Positions 26,314-39,257 of a DNA stretch of 64,000 bases are shown here, piece after piece (position 1 is the first letter of the stretch; each line of letters opens with the position of its first letter). This stretch comes from Squalus acanthias (Eukaryota). Below the pieces are notes generated by a model. That model was not told the origin of the DNA. It saw nothing but the letters and a program-made list of their open reading frames with translations, and made no database searches. Made by a program: the position numbers and the translations under genes. Location: contig CM059432.1 in the NCBI GenBank assembly GCA_030390025.1, forward strand, positions 61,382,001 through 61,446,000. Reading direction: 5' to 3'.

Positions 26314-27968
26314 GAGGGAAGTGGCAGTAGGGATTGTGGACGCTTTGGTAATAATTTTCCAAAATTCCCTGGACTCAGCAAAGGTCCCAGCAGATTGGAA
26401 AACTGCTAATGTAACACCCTTATTTAAAAAGGGTAGTAGGCAGAAGGCTGGAAATTATAGACCAGTTAGCCTAACATCTGTGGTGGGTAAAATTTTGGAG
26501 TCTATTATTAAGGAGACAGTAACGGAACATTTAGATAAACATAATTTAATAGGACAAAGTCAGCATGGCTTTATGAAGGGGAAGTCATGTCTGACAAATT
26601 TGCTTGAGTTCTTTGAGGACATAACGTACAGGGTGGATAAAGGGGAACCAGTGGACGTAGTGTATTTAGACTTCCAGAAGGCATTCGACAAGGTGCCACA
26701 TAAAAGATTATTGCTCAAGATAAAAAATCACTGGATTGGGGGTAATATTCTGGCATGGGTGGAGGATTGGTTATCTAACAGGAAGCAGAGAGTTGGGATA
26801 AATGGTTCATTCTCGGACTGGCAACCAGTAGCCAGTGGTGTTCCGCAGGGGTCGGTGCTGGGTCCCCAACTCTTTACAATCTATATTAACGATTTGGAGG
26901 AGGGGACCGAGTGTAACATATCAAAGTTTGCAGATGATACAAAGATGGGAGGGAAAGTAGAAAGTGAGGAGGACATAAAAAACCTACAAGGGGATATAGA
27001 CAGGCTGGGTGAGTGGGCGGAGATTGGCAGATGCAATACAATATTGGAAAATGTGAGGTTATGCACTTTGGCAGGAAAAATCAGAGAGCAAGTTATTATC
27101 TTAATGGCGAGAAACTGGAAAGTACTGCAGTACAAAGGGATCTGGGGGTCCTAGTGCAAGAAAATCAAAAAGTTAGTATGCAGGTGCAGCAGGTGATCAA
27201 GAAGGCCAACGGAATGTTGGCTTTTATTGCTAGGGGGATAGATTATAAAAACAGGGAGGTATTGCTGCAGTTATATAAGGTATTGGTGAGACCGCACCTA
27301 GAATACTGCATACAGTTTTGGTGTCCATACTTAAGAAAAGACATACTTGCTCTCGAGGCAGTACAAAGAAGGTTCACTCGGTTAATCCCGGGGATGAGGG
27401 GGTGCACATATGAGGAGAGGTTGAGTAGATTGGGACTCTACTCATTGGAGTTCAGAAGAATGAGAGGCGATCTTATTGAAACATATAAGATTGTGAAGGG
27501 GCTTGATCGGGTGGATGCGGTAAGGATGTTCCCAAGGATGGGTGAAACTAGAACTAGGGGGCATAACCTTACAATAAGGGGCTGCTCTTTCAAAACTGAG
27601 ATGAGGAGAAACTTCTTCACTCAGAGGGTAGTAGGTCTGTGGAATTTGCTGCCCCAGGAAGCTGTGGAAGCTACATCATTAAATACATTTAAAACAGAAA
27701 TAGATAGTTTCCTAGAGGTAAAGGGAATTAGGGGTTACGGTGAGCGGGCAGGAAATTGGACATGAGGCTGAGTTCGGATCGGTCAGGGCCCTGTGGGTGG
27801 CGGAGCGGGCCCAGGGGCTGAGTGGCCGGGTCCTGCTCCTACTTCTTGTGTTCTTTAGATTTGAGGTTAGGATCAGATCAGCTATGATCTTATTGAATGG
27901 CAGAGCAGGCTCGAGGAGCCGATTGGCCTACTCCTGCTCCTATTTCTTATGTTTTTATGTTCTTATGT
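26314..27968 (+). mobile_element. Young 5'-truncated CR1 inserted in ORF1 of the host CR1
   Basis: RT nearly intact with one frameshift near 27025. Host ORF1 resumes at tccaacagg (VL|SNR). Confidence 0.85.
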
Positions 27969-30900
27969 CCAACAGGAACGATGTACTCGCTACCTGTGAG
28001 GACAAGGAGAAAGACTGCAGGGAGGACAGCACAATGCAGACCAAGGCACCATGGCTCAGAAGGCTGTCCAAAGGGGAGGGAAGAGCAGAATAGAAATGTG
28101 GTAGTGATAGGGGATTCTATAATTAGGGGGATAGATAGTGTACTCTGCAGCCAAGAATGAGAATCACGAAAGGTGTGTTATCTACAGGGTAAGGGATATC
28201 TTGAGGCAGCTGGAGAAGAATTTGGAAAGGTAGGGGGTAAATCCAGTTGTTGTTGTCCATGTCGGAACAAATGACATAGGTAGGAACAGAGAGAAGGTCT
28301 TGCTGAAGGAGTATCAGGAGTTAGGAGCTAATTAAAAAGCAGACCTCGAGGGTAATAATCTCTGAATTATTGCCTGAGCCATGTGCAAATTGACATAGAA
28401 GCAGTCAGATCAGGAGAATTAACACATGGCTAAAGGGCTGGTGTGGGAAAGAGAGGTTCCTTTTCATGGGACACCGGCACCAGTACTGGGACAGGAAGGA
28501 GCTGTTTTGAAACAGGATGGGACCCGTGTCCTAGCGGAAAGGGTAAGTAGGGAGGTGGCAAAGGCTTTAAACTAGTAAGATGGGGAGAGGAATCTACAAA
28601 AAATGAAACCAGCCTAAATATAAACAAAACAGAAAAGGAGAGCATAGGAAAGTGTAAAGTAATGAAGGATATTGATGGCCAGGGAATAAATGGAGTTACA
28701 GAACAGGAGTGTAAAAAGATGGTTAAAATTAAAGTGAAAAGAACTGCTATGCACACAGTGTCCGTAATAAAACAGGGTAGCTGGAGGCAATCATGCGTTG
28801 CGAGGAACTAGGCATAGTAGGGATTACTGAGACATGGCTACAGAAAAATCAGGACTGGGAATTAAACATTGCAGGGTATAACATACTTAGAAAAGATAGA
28901 GAGGGAAAAAGGGGAGGTGGAGTAACTGTACTTATTAGGGATGACATAATGGCAGTAGAAATAAGTGATGCAGCTGTCAGCAAGACAGAAATAGAATCCA
29001 TGTGGATAGAGATAAAAGATAATAAAGGATCAATCATACTAATAGGGCTAGTCTACAGGCCACCTCATAGTGGAAGGGAGGTGGAGGAAGAAATTTGCAA
29101 ACAAATTAGGGAAATGAGTAAAAAACATAGAATAATAATCATGGGGAATTTCAACTACCTTGATATTAATTGGACAGAAGAGGTAGGCAAAGGGGATAAG
29201 GGAATGGAGTTCCTACAATGTGCATAGGACTCATTTCTAACCCAATATGTAAGAAGCCCAACAAGGGAGGATTCGCTATTGGATCTAGTAATGGGGAATG
29301 AACCAGAGCAGATAAAAGTAGGGGAACATCTAGGCAATAGTGATGATAATATAATACGCTTTAAAATAATAATTGAGAAGGACATAAGTATGATGAAGAC
29401 CAGGGTAATAGATTGGAGAAAAGTTGATTTTCAGGGGCTGAGACTAGAACTTGGGAAAATAAAATGGACAACAATATTGGCAAACAATGACGTAGAACAG
29501 CAACGGGAAACATTTCAAACGCTGTTCAACAGACTCCAGGAAAAATATATTCCGCTAAAAAACAAGAACAAACTCCGTGGATGAATAAAGCCATAAGGGA
29601 AAAATTGAGTGTAAGGAAAGAGGCATACATTAAGTACATGGACAACAGGGGAGGGCATGACAAGAGAGAATACGAAGAGATTAGGAAAGAAGTCAAAAAA
29701 ACAATTAGGAAGACAAAGAGGAACTATGAAATTAAATTATCAAGGAACATAAAACAAAATAATAAAATATTTTACAGGCACATCAATAAAAAAAGGAAGG
29801 TCGGGATGGGAATAGGGCCACTAAGGGATGGACAGGATAATACCACAGGCAGTGAGAGAGAGATGGCAGAAATATTAAATAATTACTTTGCCTCAGTATT
29901 TACCAGGGAAATAGAACAGGTGGACATGACATTGGATCATGAGATTAGTAATGAAATAACTGCATTTAAAATAAAAAGAGGAGGTATATTAAATAAACTA
30001 ATCAAACTCAAAGAGGAAAAAAACCCTAGTCTGGATGGATTACATCCACGCATTTTAAAAGAAACTAGGGAAGAGATAGCAGAGGCATTACTACACATAT
30101 TTAATAATTCATTAGAAAAAGGTGTAGTGCCAGAGGACTGGTGGATAATTAACATAATACTTATATTTAAGAAGGGAAATAGAACATGTCCAGGGAACTA
30201 TAGACCAGTCAGCTTAGCATCGGTGGTAGAAAAAATAATGGAATCCCTACTAAAGGAGAAAATAGAAGCCAAAATTATAATAATGAATAGTCAGCATGGA
30301 TTTCAAAAGGGAAAGTCTTGCTTGACCAACCTCATTGAATTTTTTGAAGAGGTAACAGAGAGAATAGACAAGGGTAATGCAGTAGATGTAATGTATCTAG
30401 AGTTTCAAAAGGCCTTCAATAAGGTACCACATAATAGACTAATGAATAAGGTCAGAGAATGCGGAGTCAGGGGACAAGTAGCAGAATGGATAGCGAGTTA
30501 GCTTCAAGACAGAAAGCAGAGAGTAGGGGTAAAGGGTAGCTATTCACAGTGGCAGAATGTGGGAAGTGGTGTTTCACAAGGATCAGTGCTAGGACCACTG
30601 TTGTTCACAATTTATATTAATGATTTAGACTTTGGAATCAAAAACACAATTTCTAAGTTTGCAGATGACACCAAATTGGGGGGAATAGTTAATACTGAGG
30701 AGGACAGCAAAAAATTACAGGAAGACATTAATAAACTTGCAGAATGGGCATATAATTGGCAAATTAAATTCAACACAGATAAATGTGAGGTATTACATTT
30801 TGGTAGGAAGAGTAGGGAGGTCACTTATTACTTGGAGGGTGCGAGTCTGGGAGAGGTACAAATATATAAATCACTAAAGGTAGCGACACAGGTTAACAAG

Positions 30901-31281
30901 GCCATAGAAAAGCAAACCAACCACTAGGGTTTATTTCTAAAGGGACAGAATTGAAAAGTAGTAAAGTTATGCTAAACTTGTATCGAACCTTGGTTAGACC
31001 ACACTTGGAGTACTGCGTACAATTCTGGTTGCCATATTATAAAAAGGATTTGGAGGCACTGGAGAAAGTGCAGAGAAGATTTACAAGGATGATACCAGAA
31101 ATGCGAGAGTATACCTATCAGGAAAGGATAAATAGGCTGGGTCTCTTTTCTCTTGAAAAGAGAAGGCTGAGGGGTGACCTAATAGAGGTCTTTAAAATCA
31201 TGAAAGGTTTTGATAGAGTAGATACAGAGGGAGTGTTTCCACTTGTGGGGAAGAGCAAAACTAGAGGCCATCAACATAAGA

Positions 31282-32071
31282 AATAGGAGCAGGAGTAGGC
31301 CATTTGGCCCTTCGAGCCTGCTCCGCCATTCAATAAGATCATGGCTGATCTTCTACCTCATCTCCACTTTCCTGAACTATCCCCATATCCCTTGATTCCC
31401 TTAATATTCAAAACACTATCGATCTCTGTCTTGAATATACTCAACGACTGAGCCTCCACAGCCCTCTGGGGTAGAGAATTCCAAAGATTCACCACCCTCT
31501 GAGTGAAGAAATTTCTCCTCATCTCAGTCCTAAATGGCCGACCGCTTATTCTGAGACTGTGACCCCTGGTTCTAGACTCCCCAGCCAGGGGAAACATCCT
31601 CCCTGCATCTACCCTGTCTAGCCCTGTAAGAATTTTGTATGTTTCAATGAGATCACCTCTCATTCTTCTAAACTCTCGAGAATATAGGCCTAGTCTACTC
31701 AATCTCTCCTCAGAGGACAATCCCCCATTCCAGGAACCAGTCTGGTGAACCTTCGTTGCACTCCCTCTATGGCAAGTATATCCTTCCTTAGGTAAGGAGA
31801 CCAAAACTGTACACAATACTCCAGGTGTGGTCTCATCAGGGCCCTATATAATTGCAGTAAGACGTCTCTACTCTTATACTCAAATCCTTTTGTAATAAAG
31901 GCCAACATACCATTTGCTTTCCTAATTGCTTGCTGTACCTGCATGTTAACTTTCAGTGATTCGTGGACAAGGACACCCAGGTCCCTCTGAACACCAACAT
32001 TTCCGTAGGATGGATGAGCAGGCTGACCATGGCACCAACAAACAAACAAAATAGATGATTTAATAGCGCAG
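31282..32071 (-). mobile_element. CR1 3' fragment inserted antisense in the host CR1, with ~68 bp of extra 5' sequence
   Basis: Minus ORFs encode the CR1 RT C-terminus. Flanked by atcaacataaga (31270-31281) and atcaatataaga (32072-32083). Confidence 0.85.
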
Positions 32072-33424
32072 ATCAATATAAGATAGTCACCAAGAAATCA
32101 AATAGGGAATTCAGAAGAAACTTCTTTACCCAGAGTGGTGAGAATGTAGAACTCGCTACCACAGGGAGCAGTTGAAGCAAATAGTATAGATGCATTTAAA
32201 GGGAGGCTAGATAAGCATATGAGGGAGAGGGGAATAGAGGGAATATGGTGACAGAGTTAGATAAGGAAAGACGGGAGGAGGCTCAAGTGAAGCATAAACG
32301 CCGGCATGGACTGGTTGGGCCGAATGGCCTGTTTCTGTGCCGTATATCCTATGTAATCCTATGTAACAGGTCCAAGAACCAAGCAATTGCATACCATGTG
32401 ACATTTTTAGTGGGGTGAATGTATGCAAAAATGTTTGTGCAGTAACACTTGCAAGGACAAGCTGGGAATTTAAGGCACTCCACATTACCTCATGGACGCG
32501 GATAGTGAATTACTCAAATATGTTAACACAGGGGAGGGGAGCTGATTGTAAATTGCAATCATGCTTCGATCAATGCATTCTTGGAAGGTATGGCTGGCTC
32601 TTCTTACACTGCCAGACCTGATAAAAGTCATTGTAGTTTTTATGGCACTGCACTACCGTGTATGGCGTCACCAAGTTGGCATTACCTGCCAATGTTACTG
32701 TAATGCTCACCTTGTGAGTAAATGTCATAGGATTCCAAATAATGTCTCCCTCCTTTGCCTTTCTTCATTCAGAAGCATTCCCACAGCCTCATCAGTAAAC
32801 ATGGGGGCTCTCACATCTCCTACCAACCTAAAAGACATCATTCTATCCAAGAGCTTTCAAGCTGCTACAGTTCAGTCTTTTTGATGTGCAGCAGGTCCTT
32901 TAAATCTTGCAATAACACAACTTTCCACCTGGTAAGTTCTCAATGACTGATGCTCCTGACACCAGGAACTTGTCATTATGCAAACTTAACTGATCCTGGA
33001 AACTCTAGCAGAGTCAGCCCACTTCTTGGCAAGCAGGAGTGAATCATACTCCACCATTTTTCTACTCAAGTTTTTGCCCAAGTGAAAAATCTAGGTTAGT
33101 GAGTCAGAGGATACACTGGGGGTAAAATTGCACTGATGAGTAAAACAAAACAGGCAATAGCGAATCAGCAGTCCGATTTACACCCCACGTGATTTTTTTT
33201 CCATTGAAGTCAATGGAAAAGAAAATAGGGTGAGATGTATAATTGGCTGCAGATTTGGTATAACCCATTTTTCACCACTGCTTTATGCTATTCAAAGTAC
33301 GATATCTTATCAGGACTATTGATTTATAGTGATTGAATAAGTCAAACTGCATTTTATTAAAGAATATTGTGGGAGTGTTAGTAATACTTTTGGGCTGAAA
33401 ATCCATGATTATGTGCACTGTAAA

Positions 33425-33612
33425 TCAGGTTTCCTTCCCTAAAGGACATTAGTGAACCAGTTGGATATTTACATCAGTTTTTTATTTCCAGATTTCTTTA
33501 TTTTAAACTGAATTTAAATTCTCAAACTGCCATGGTGGGATTTGAACTGCATTATTATTTCAAGCCTCTAGATTACTAGTCCAGTAACATAACCATGACA
33601 CTACCGTATTCC
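33425..33612 (-). mobile_element. tRNA-like head fragment of the SINE/LINE family at 15696 and 24100
   Basis: catggtgggatttgaac...tactagtccagtaacataacc. Confidence 0.7.
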
Positions 33613-33689
33613 CTAACAGGAAACACTTGCTCAGAGAACTTGGCCTGAAACACACCTAATGAAGGATCACACAATCTGACAAAGGGGCA

Positions 33690-34900
33690 ACTCTTAAAGG
33701 GTTGAAGTTCACACAAAAGGGGAATTTATGGTGGTGACAGAAAAGCTGACTAATTGTTCACAATGCCAAAATGTAGACAACCTGCTTCCTTGATGCTGAT
33801 GAGTTGGTGGTCCTACTGCAGGAGGTGCCTCAAAAATGTGGCCCGCTTTGGGGCTGAAGTCGACCCCCACCAGTAAAAGCGCAGGTACCAGCTGCATGGA
33901 TGGTGGTCACTAACCAAATCAATGCAGTCATCCATGTCCCTCATACCTAGTTACAAATGACAACATTTGCTGATATCAGAATGACGCTGAAAATAACTGA
34001 ATTTTCTCAATTTTACTTACATTTCTTGTGGGGCCCATCAACCATGTCACAAACCTCTGGTGGGAACTCTCACATCCCTCTGGGAGATACCATTTCAAGC
34101 ATTGGGTACAAACCTGCAATGGCTCACATCTTGAGAGTGGTGGTGGCAGAGGAGATCAGCAAACAGAAGTTGAGGCATACAGGCCAAGATGCTCTGCCAG
34201 TAGGGCTCTTTTCACTGGGGTCAGCAGCCATGTATGCAGTCATCCACCTTGCAGTTTTTCCTCTAGCATGGGGGCACCATGGAATGCTACATAATGAAGG
34301 CTTCATGTCTGCTTCCTGGATAATGACCAGTGATGGTCGTGATGATAGTTCTGTGGTCAGATGCCACCTAAGCATTAGGTGCAAACCTTATTTTTTGATG
34401 AAGGCCAAGGGGTTGATGTGAAGAGCCTTACTGCCCATGTGAATACCGTGTGTGATTCCCTTGCGCTTGAAGGAACCTTGCACCCCTGTCTCTCTAATGC
34501 TTTCTCTCCATAGGAAAGTAATGAAGGTGTTGCTTCTTGCAAACATAGCAATCGTCAATTCCTTGATACATATGTGACATGCAGACTGCCTGATATGGCC
34601 AATGTCAACTGGAGTAGTTTGGAATTATGTGGCAGAATTACATTTTTATGCTGTGTTAACTTTCACTTCTATGCGAAGAGCCATTTCTGATCCCAAAGTT
34701 ATGTACAAGTCATTGTGCAGCGATAGCACAATTCTGCAGCAACCTGTCTTGTAAAGCAGAGGTGGCATAGACAGCTCTCATCTAACATGTCCAAGTGCTG
34801 GTCCCAGGATATGACAGTTGTACCAAAATGCCTCAGAGATCATTCCATTTGCATTTCTTGGACCCTCATGAACTCCTCTTTGTTATTTCAATTATACAAT
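33690..34900. pseudogene. Old Harbinger remnant: Myb/SANT-like trace on +, transposase N-terminal trace on -
   Basis: Minus 34510-34690 reads MALRIEVKVNTA..IRQSACHICIKELT..FARSNTFITF, matching the 59600-59760 fossil. Myb similarity is weak. Confidence 0.5.
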
Positions 34901-36076
34901 GCATTCGGAATCCCCCCCAAAAAAACATCCTCGCCTTTTTTTCAGTTGTGATGTCAAACCCAGCAGAAACCAAAAATAATGAAGAAAAGTATTGGCAGGG
35001 AAAAAACCCAAAAACACAAAAAGGGAGGCATCCCAGCAAAACCAAGTCATGCAAAATGCAGCTAAAGGAATATAAAATGCAAGACACCTCAAAAATCATT
35101 CAAACCCTACCTTCTTGCTTTAAGGGTTAAGCTTCAGCAGGCGATCGCCTCTATAATCACTTTTTATCTGTGATGAGCAGAACCCCACCTAAACATGGAA
35201 AATTTGACATAACACCTCTATTGAGCATTCTGAATATTTTCATGAGCCCACACATGCTGCCAGTGCAGCTTTATTACTTACCCTCAAATTACTCTCGCAA
35301 AATCAGATTCCCTGCAAAGAAGGTGCCTGATTTTGCAACTCATTCTCACTGCCTGCAAGGCCCGGCCCAGTATATGCAATATATTATACATATATACACA
35401 CACACATATACCCTGTATATAGTTATATTTATTTTGTTCACTGTATAAAGTAGGTGTGTCATGAAGCAATTGTAACACAGTGCTGAAATGGAAAGACATT
35501 TCTTTCAAAGAAGGTGGGGTAGGTTGGGAAGTTTGAGTTGGATGGTGGTGAGCTATGAAACATTAAGAGAAGAAAGAAGAAACAATTGGGCTGCAGAGAG
35601 GTTGGTAGTGGGGTGAAATGGAAAAAGGATGATGGTGAGCGTAGGTGGGAAAGATTGAGTGGTAGGGAATGGTAAAAGGTTTGGGTAGGAAAGGAGGAAA
35701 GTTTGCGCTTCAGAGAGTTTGGCAGCACACGAGTAATGTACACGGAATAGATTGATGGGATGAGGTGTGAGCAGAAAAGAGGAAGTTAGGGTAATTAGGA
35801 TGAAGTGAGTGGTGGGGTCAACTGAATGGAGGAAAGTTAAAATGTATATATTTATATATGTGGGGAGGGGGCGCTTGGAGTTTCTTGAAAAAACACAAAC
35901 ACCTTGAGCAGCACTAAAGATACACAAACACTGAGAATGCGACTAAAAGAAATACAAATACTGGAGCTAAAGGAAAGAGAACACCCAGATAAAAATTTAA
36001 AAATATAAACACTCAGAGCGGGACTATAAAAAACACCAAAGCACTAGCATGATTAAAAAGAAAACACAAACACTAG

Positions 36077-36966
36077 GGGGGCAAAATTCAGTTGGTTGCG
36101 CCTCCCGTTAGCGCCTTAAGAGGGCGCTAATGGGGCGCAAAGCAGCTAGCGCCCGGGCGCGGCGAAGTTTGCACCGCTCGCGAAATTAACTAGACATTTT
36201 GCGGCGGCGCTAAACACTACCGCCACGATCTCCTGCGCCGGCAGATCGTGACGTCAGACGAGTGTGCAACGCCCCGGTATCGCCCCAGAGCGGATAGAGT
36301 GGCGCCCCCTGCCTTACCGCCTGACGCTAGCAACGACAGGTTGATAGGAGCGTTCTTCTGTCATGAAGGGAAAGGGGGAGCGCTATTTAAAGGTGACCGC
36401 TTCCTGCCTTTTATTGTTGGTGCCATTTTTGAACTACGTATTCTGAGAGAGAGTGAGAGAGACTTCTGGAGAGATTCAACGTTGTGTGAAGAAGTTTTGG
36501 GTACTGAGCAGCACTTTGCAGGTTCATTTTGATTTGCCATTCCTTGTATCGATTTAGAAGAGACTGTGGGGGCTGCACTCTGAGCTCTTTGCCTGGTACT
36601 CTCCATTGTTCTTTCCAGCAGATTTGATGTGCAGGTCTCTCCAGGCCGAGATTCAAGGCTGCAATGAGCAGGATGTGGATGGAAAGCAAGATCAACCATC
36701 CCCTTTAAGAACTGGCCCATGCCATTGTGTGTGTGTTCCATTGCTGACTGACATTACATGAGCTTCGCCAGCGCTCTGAGTTAGCGCCTCACTCCTCGGC
36801 CTTTGCGCCTTAAGACAGGTGTGCAGCGCCTGATTTAGCGCTCCAATCACCTCCCGGGGCGTTAAAAGTGAAGTTTCCAGTCAGTGGCGATAATTAGCGC
36901 AGGCGCTAATCTTTGCACCCGGACGATATTTGCGCCCCAAACGGGGCGCGACTGAATTTTTCCCCC
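36077..36966 (+). mobile_element. MITE family A, complete copy
   Basis: TIR gggggcaaaattcagt / actgaatttttccccc, TSD tag. Confidence 0.85.
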
Positions 36967-37004
36967 TAGGAATGCAAATAAAAAGAAAACGCAAACATTA
37001 GAAT

Positions 37005-38368
37005 TTCTAAATTTGCCGATGACACCAAACTTGGGGGCGTGGCAAACAGTGAGGATGATACAATCGACTGCAATAGGACATAGAAAGGCTAGCAGAATGG
37101 ACAGACAAGTGGCAGATGGAATTTAATACAGAGAAGAGTGAGGTGATGCATTTTGGCAGAAGGAACAGGGAGAGGCAATATACACTTAATGGCACAGTTT
37201 TAGATTGTGCAGGGACAGAGGGACCTGGGAGTTAATGTGCATAGGTCCCTGAAGGTGGCAGGACATATTAAGAGTGTGGTTAGCAAAGCATATGGGATCT
37301 TGGGCTTCATAAATAGAGGTATTGAGTAAAAAAGTAGAGAAGTTATGCTGAACCTTTATAAAGCGCTGGTTAGGCCACAACTGGAGTATTGCATCCAGTT
37401 CTGGTCACCACACTTTAGGAACGATGTTTTTTAAAATTCATTTATGGGATGTGGGCGTCGCTGGCAAGGCCAGCATTTATTGCCCATCCCTAATTGACCT
37501 TGAGGTGGTGGTGAACCGCCTTCTTGAACCATATAGTACGTGTGGTGAAGGTACCCCCACAGTGCTGTTAGGTAGGGAGTTCCAGGATTTTGACCCAGCG
37601 ACGATGAAGGATCGGCGATATATTTCCAAGTCAGGATGGTGTGTGACTTGGACGGGATGGTGGTGTTCCCATGCACCTGCTGCCCTTGTCCTTCTAGGTA
37701 GAAAAGGTCGCAGGTTTGGGGGGGTGCTGCCGAAGAAGCCTTGGCGAGTTGCTGCAGTGCATCTTGTAGATGGTACACACTGCAGCCATTGTACGCCGGT
37801 AGTGGAGGGAGTGCATGTTTAAGGTGGTGGATGGGGTGCCAATCAAGCAGGCTGCTTTGTCCTGTGAAGGCCCTTGAGAGGGTGCAGAGGAGATTTACCA
37901 GAATGGTTCTGGGGATGGGGGATCTTAGCTACAAGGACAGGTTGGAGAAGCTGGATTTGTTTTCATTAGAGCAAAGGAGGTTGAGCGGTGATTTGATAGA
38001 GGTGTACAAGATTATGACGGGTTTGGATAGGCTAGACGGGGAAAGGCTGTTCCCACTAGTTGATGGTACAAGGTCTAGGGGACACAGATTTAAGGTTTTG
38101 AGCAAGAGATACAGGGGGGACGTGAGGAAAAACTTTTTTACGCAGCGAGAGGTGAGGACCTGGAACTCGCTGCCGACGGAAGTGGTGGAAGCGGAGACAC
38201 TCAATGTTTTCAAGGGGAGACTGGACAGGCACTTGAGGGAAATAAACTTGCAGGGCTACGGGGATAGAGCGGGGGAATGGGACTGATTGGATTGCTCTAC
38301 AGAGAGCCGGTGCGGACTCGATGGACCGAATGGCCTCCTTCTGTGCCGTTATGACTGTATGACTCTAT
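37005..38368 (+). mobile_element. CR1 3' part interrupted by a minus-strand LINE fragment (about 37428-37862)
   Basis: FADDTKLGG..HFRND | VKALERVQRRF. Same family as 49330-51840. Confidence 0.85.
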
Positions 38369-39257
38369 GGGCTGGACTTTACTCACCGAGACGCGTTGGG
38401 GGCAGGACTGTTGCCTTCCGGGTTCTAGTCCTGCCCCCAGCGACGTCTGACAAACAGATGCTATTTTGCCCTGATTGGCCTTGTTAAGCCCGCCCTGCGG
38501 GCTTGCTGGCCAATTAAGGGAAAGCCGGTGTCAGACGACGTCAGTTGATGACGCTTCATCTGCCGGTTTTCTTAAAAGCATCTGCCGGTTTTCTTAAAAG
38601 CATATGTACCACACTTGTTTGACAGATGATTTGACAGTGTTTGACAGCATTGAGGTGCTGTCAAACACTGACAATCACTGTCCAAAGGTGAGCCCTTGCT
38701 CCCAGGCTCTCCAATTACTCTCTCCTTAGGATAAAACAGATGGCAGCTGCAGCTGAGATTGCAGAAGCCATCTGTCACTTCTCCCGATGAGATGAGGCTA
38801 CACAAACACTTCACAGCTTGTCACCTGCAGAAACATCTAACCACATTAAAAATTACTTTCCCAACATTTCCTTACCTCTGATACTAACCAGTGTTCCATT
38901 GAATCCTTCACACCACTTCTGCAGCTGTCATCCAAACACCAACATAACAACAGACCCACAGCACGCCTCACTTACCCAGGCGGGGTTCCCCGACATTGGG
39001 AAGCCCGCAGCAGCAGTCGAAAAATTGGAAAAAGCCTCTTAACTGCCTGTTAACTACCTGTTAACAGGCAGTTAAGTGGTTATAATCCTCTTCCCGCCGC
39101 TAGCAGTCGGGTCCCTGCGCAAATCGGGGACCCGACTCCCAGGAAGATTGGTTGGAGGTGGGTTGGGAGCAGGTTCAGGACCCGCTCCCATTCTTTTTGA
39201 CTTTCCCAGCAGTCCCGCCTCCAAACCCACCTCCTCAGGGCTGGTAAAATCCAGCCC
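38369..39257. mobile_element. MITE family C, Harbinger-like, in a CR1 tail
   Basis: TIR gggctggacttt / aaaatccagccc, TSD tat. The tatgactc tail is present on both sides. Confidence 0.8.

Larger units (their letters stand above)
25590..32365 (+). mobile_element. Near full-length CR1 (5' UTR, ORF1, ORF2), decayed, with two nested CR1 insertions
   Basis: 5' UTR has an ~87-bp tandem duplication. ORF1 from ATG 26001 (CPDC..CRKC, then VVVIGDSII esterase). ORF2 has EN (GITETW, YRPP) and RT ([12 protein letters not shown]). 3' tail at about 32365. Confidence 0.9.

Noticed and set aside
35885..37005. CRISPR-like array in the ~30-bp aaacac repeats
   Set aside because: Degenerate A-rich minisatellite without conserved repeats or unique spacers; eukaryotic context and no cas genes.
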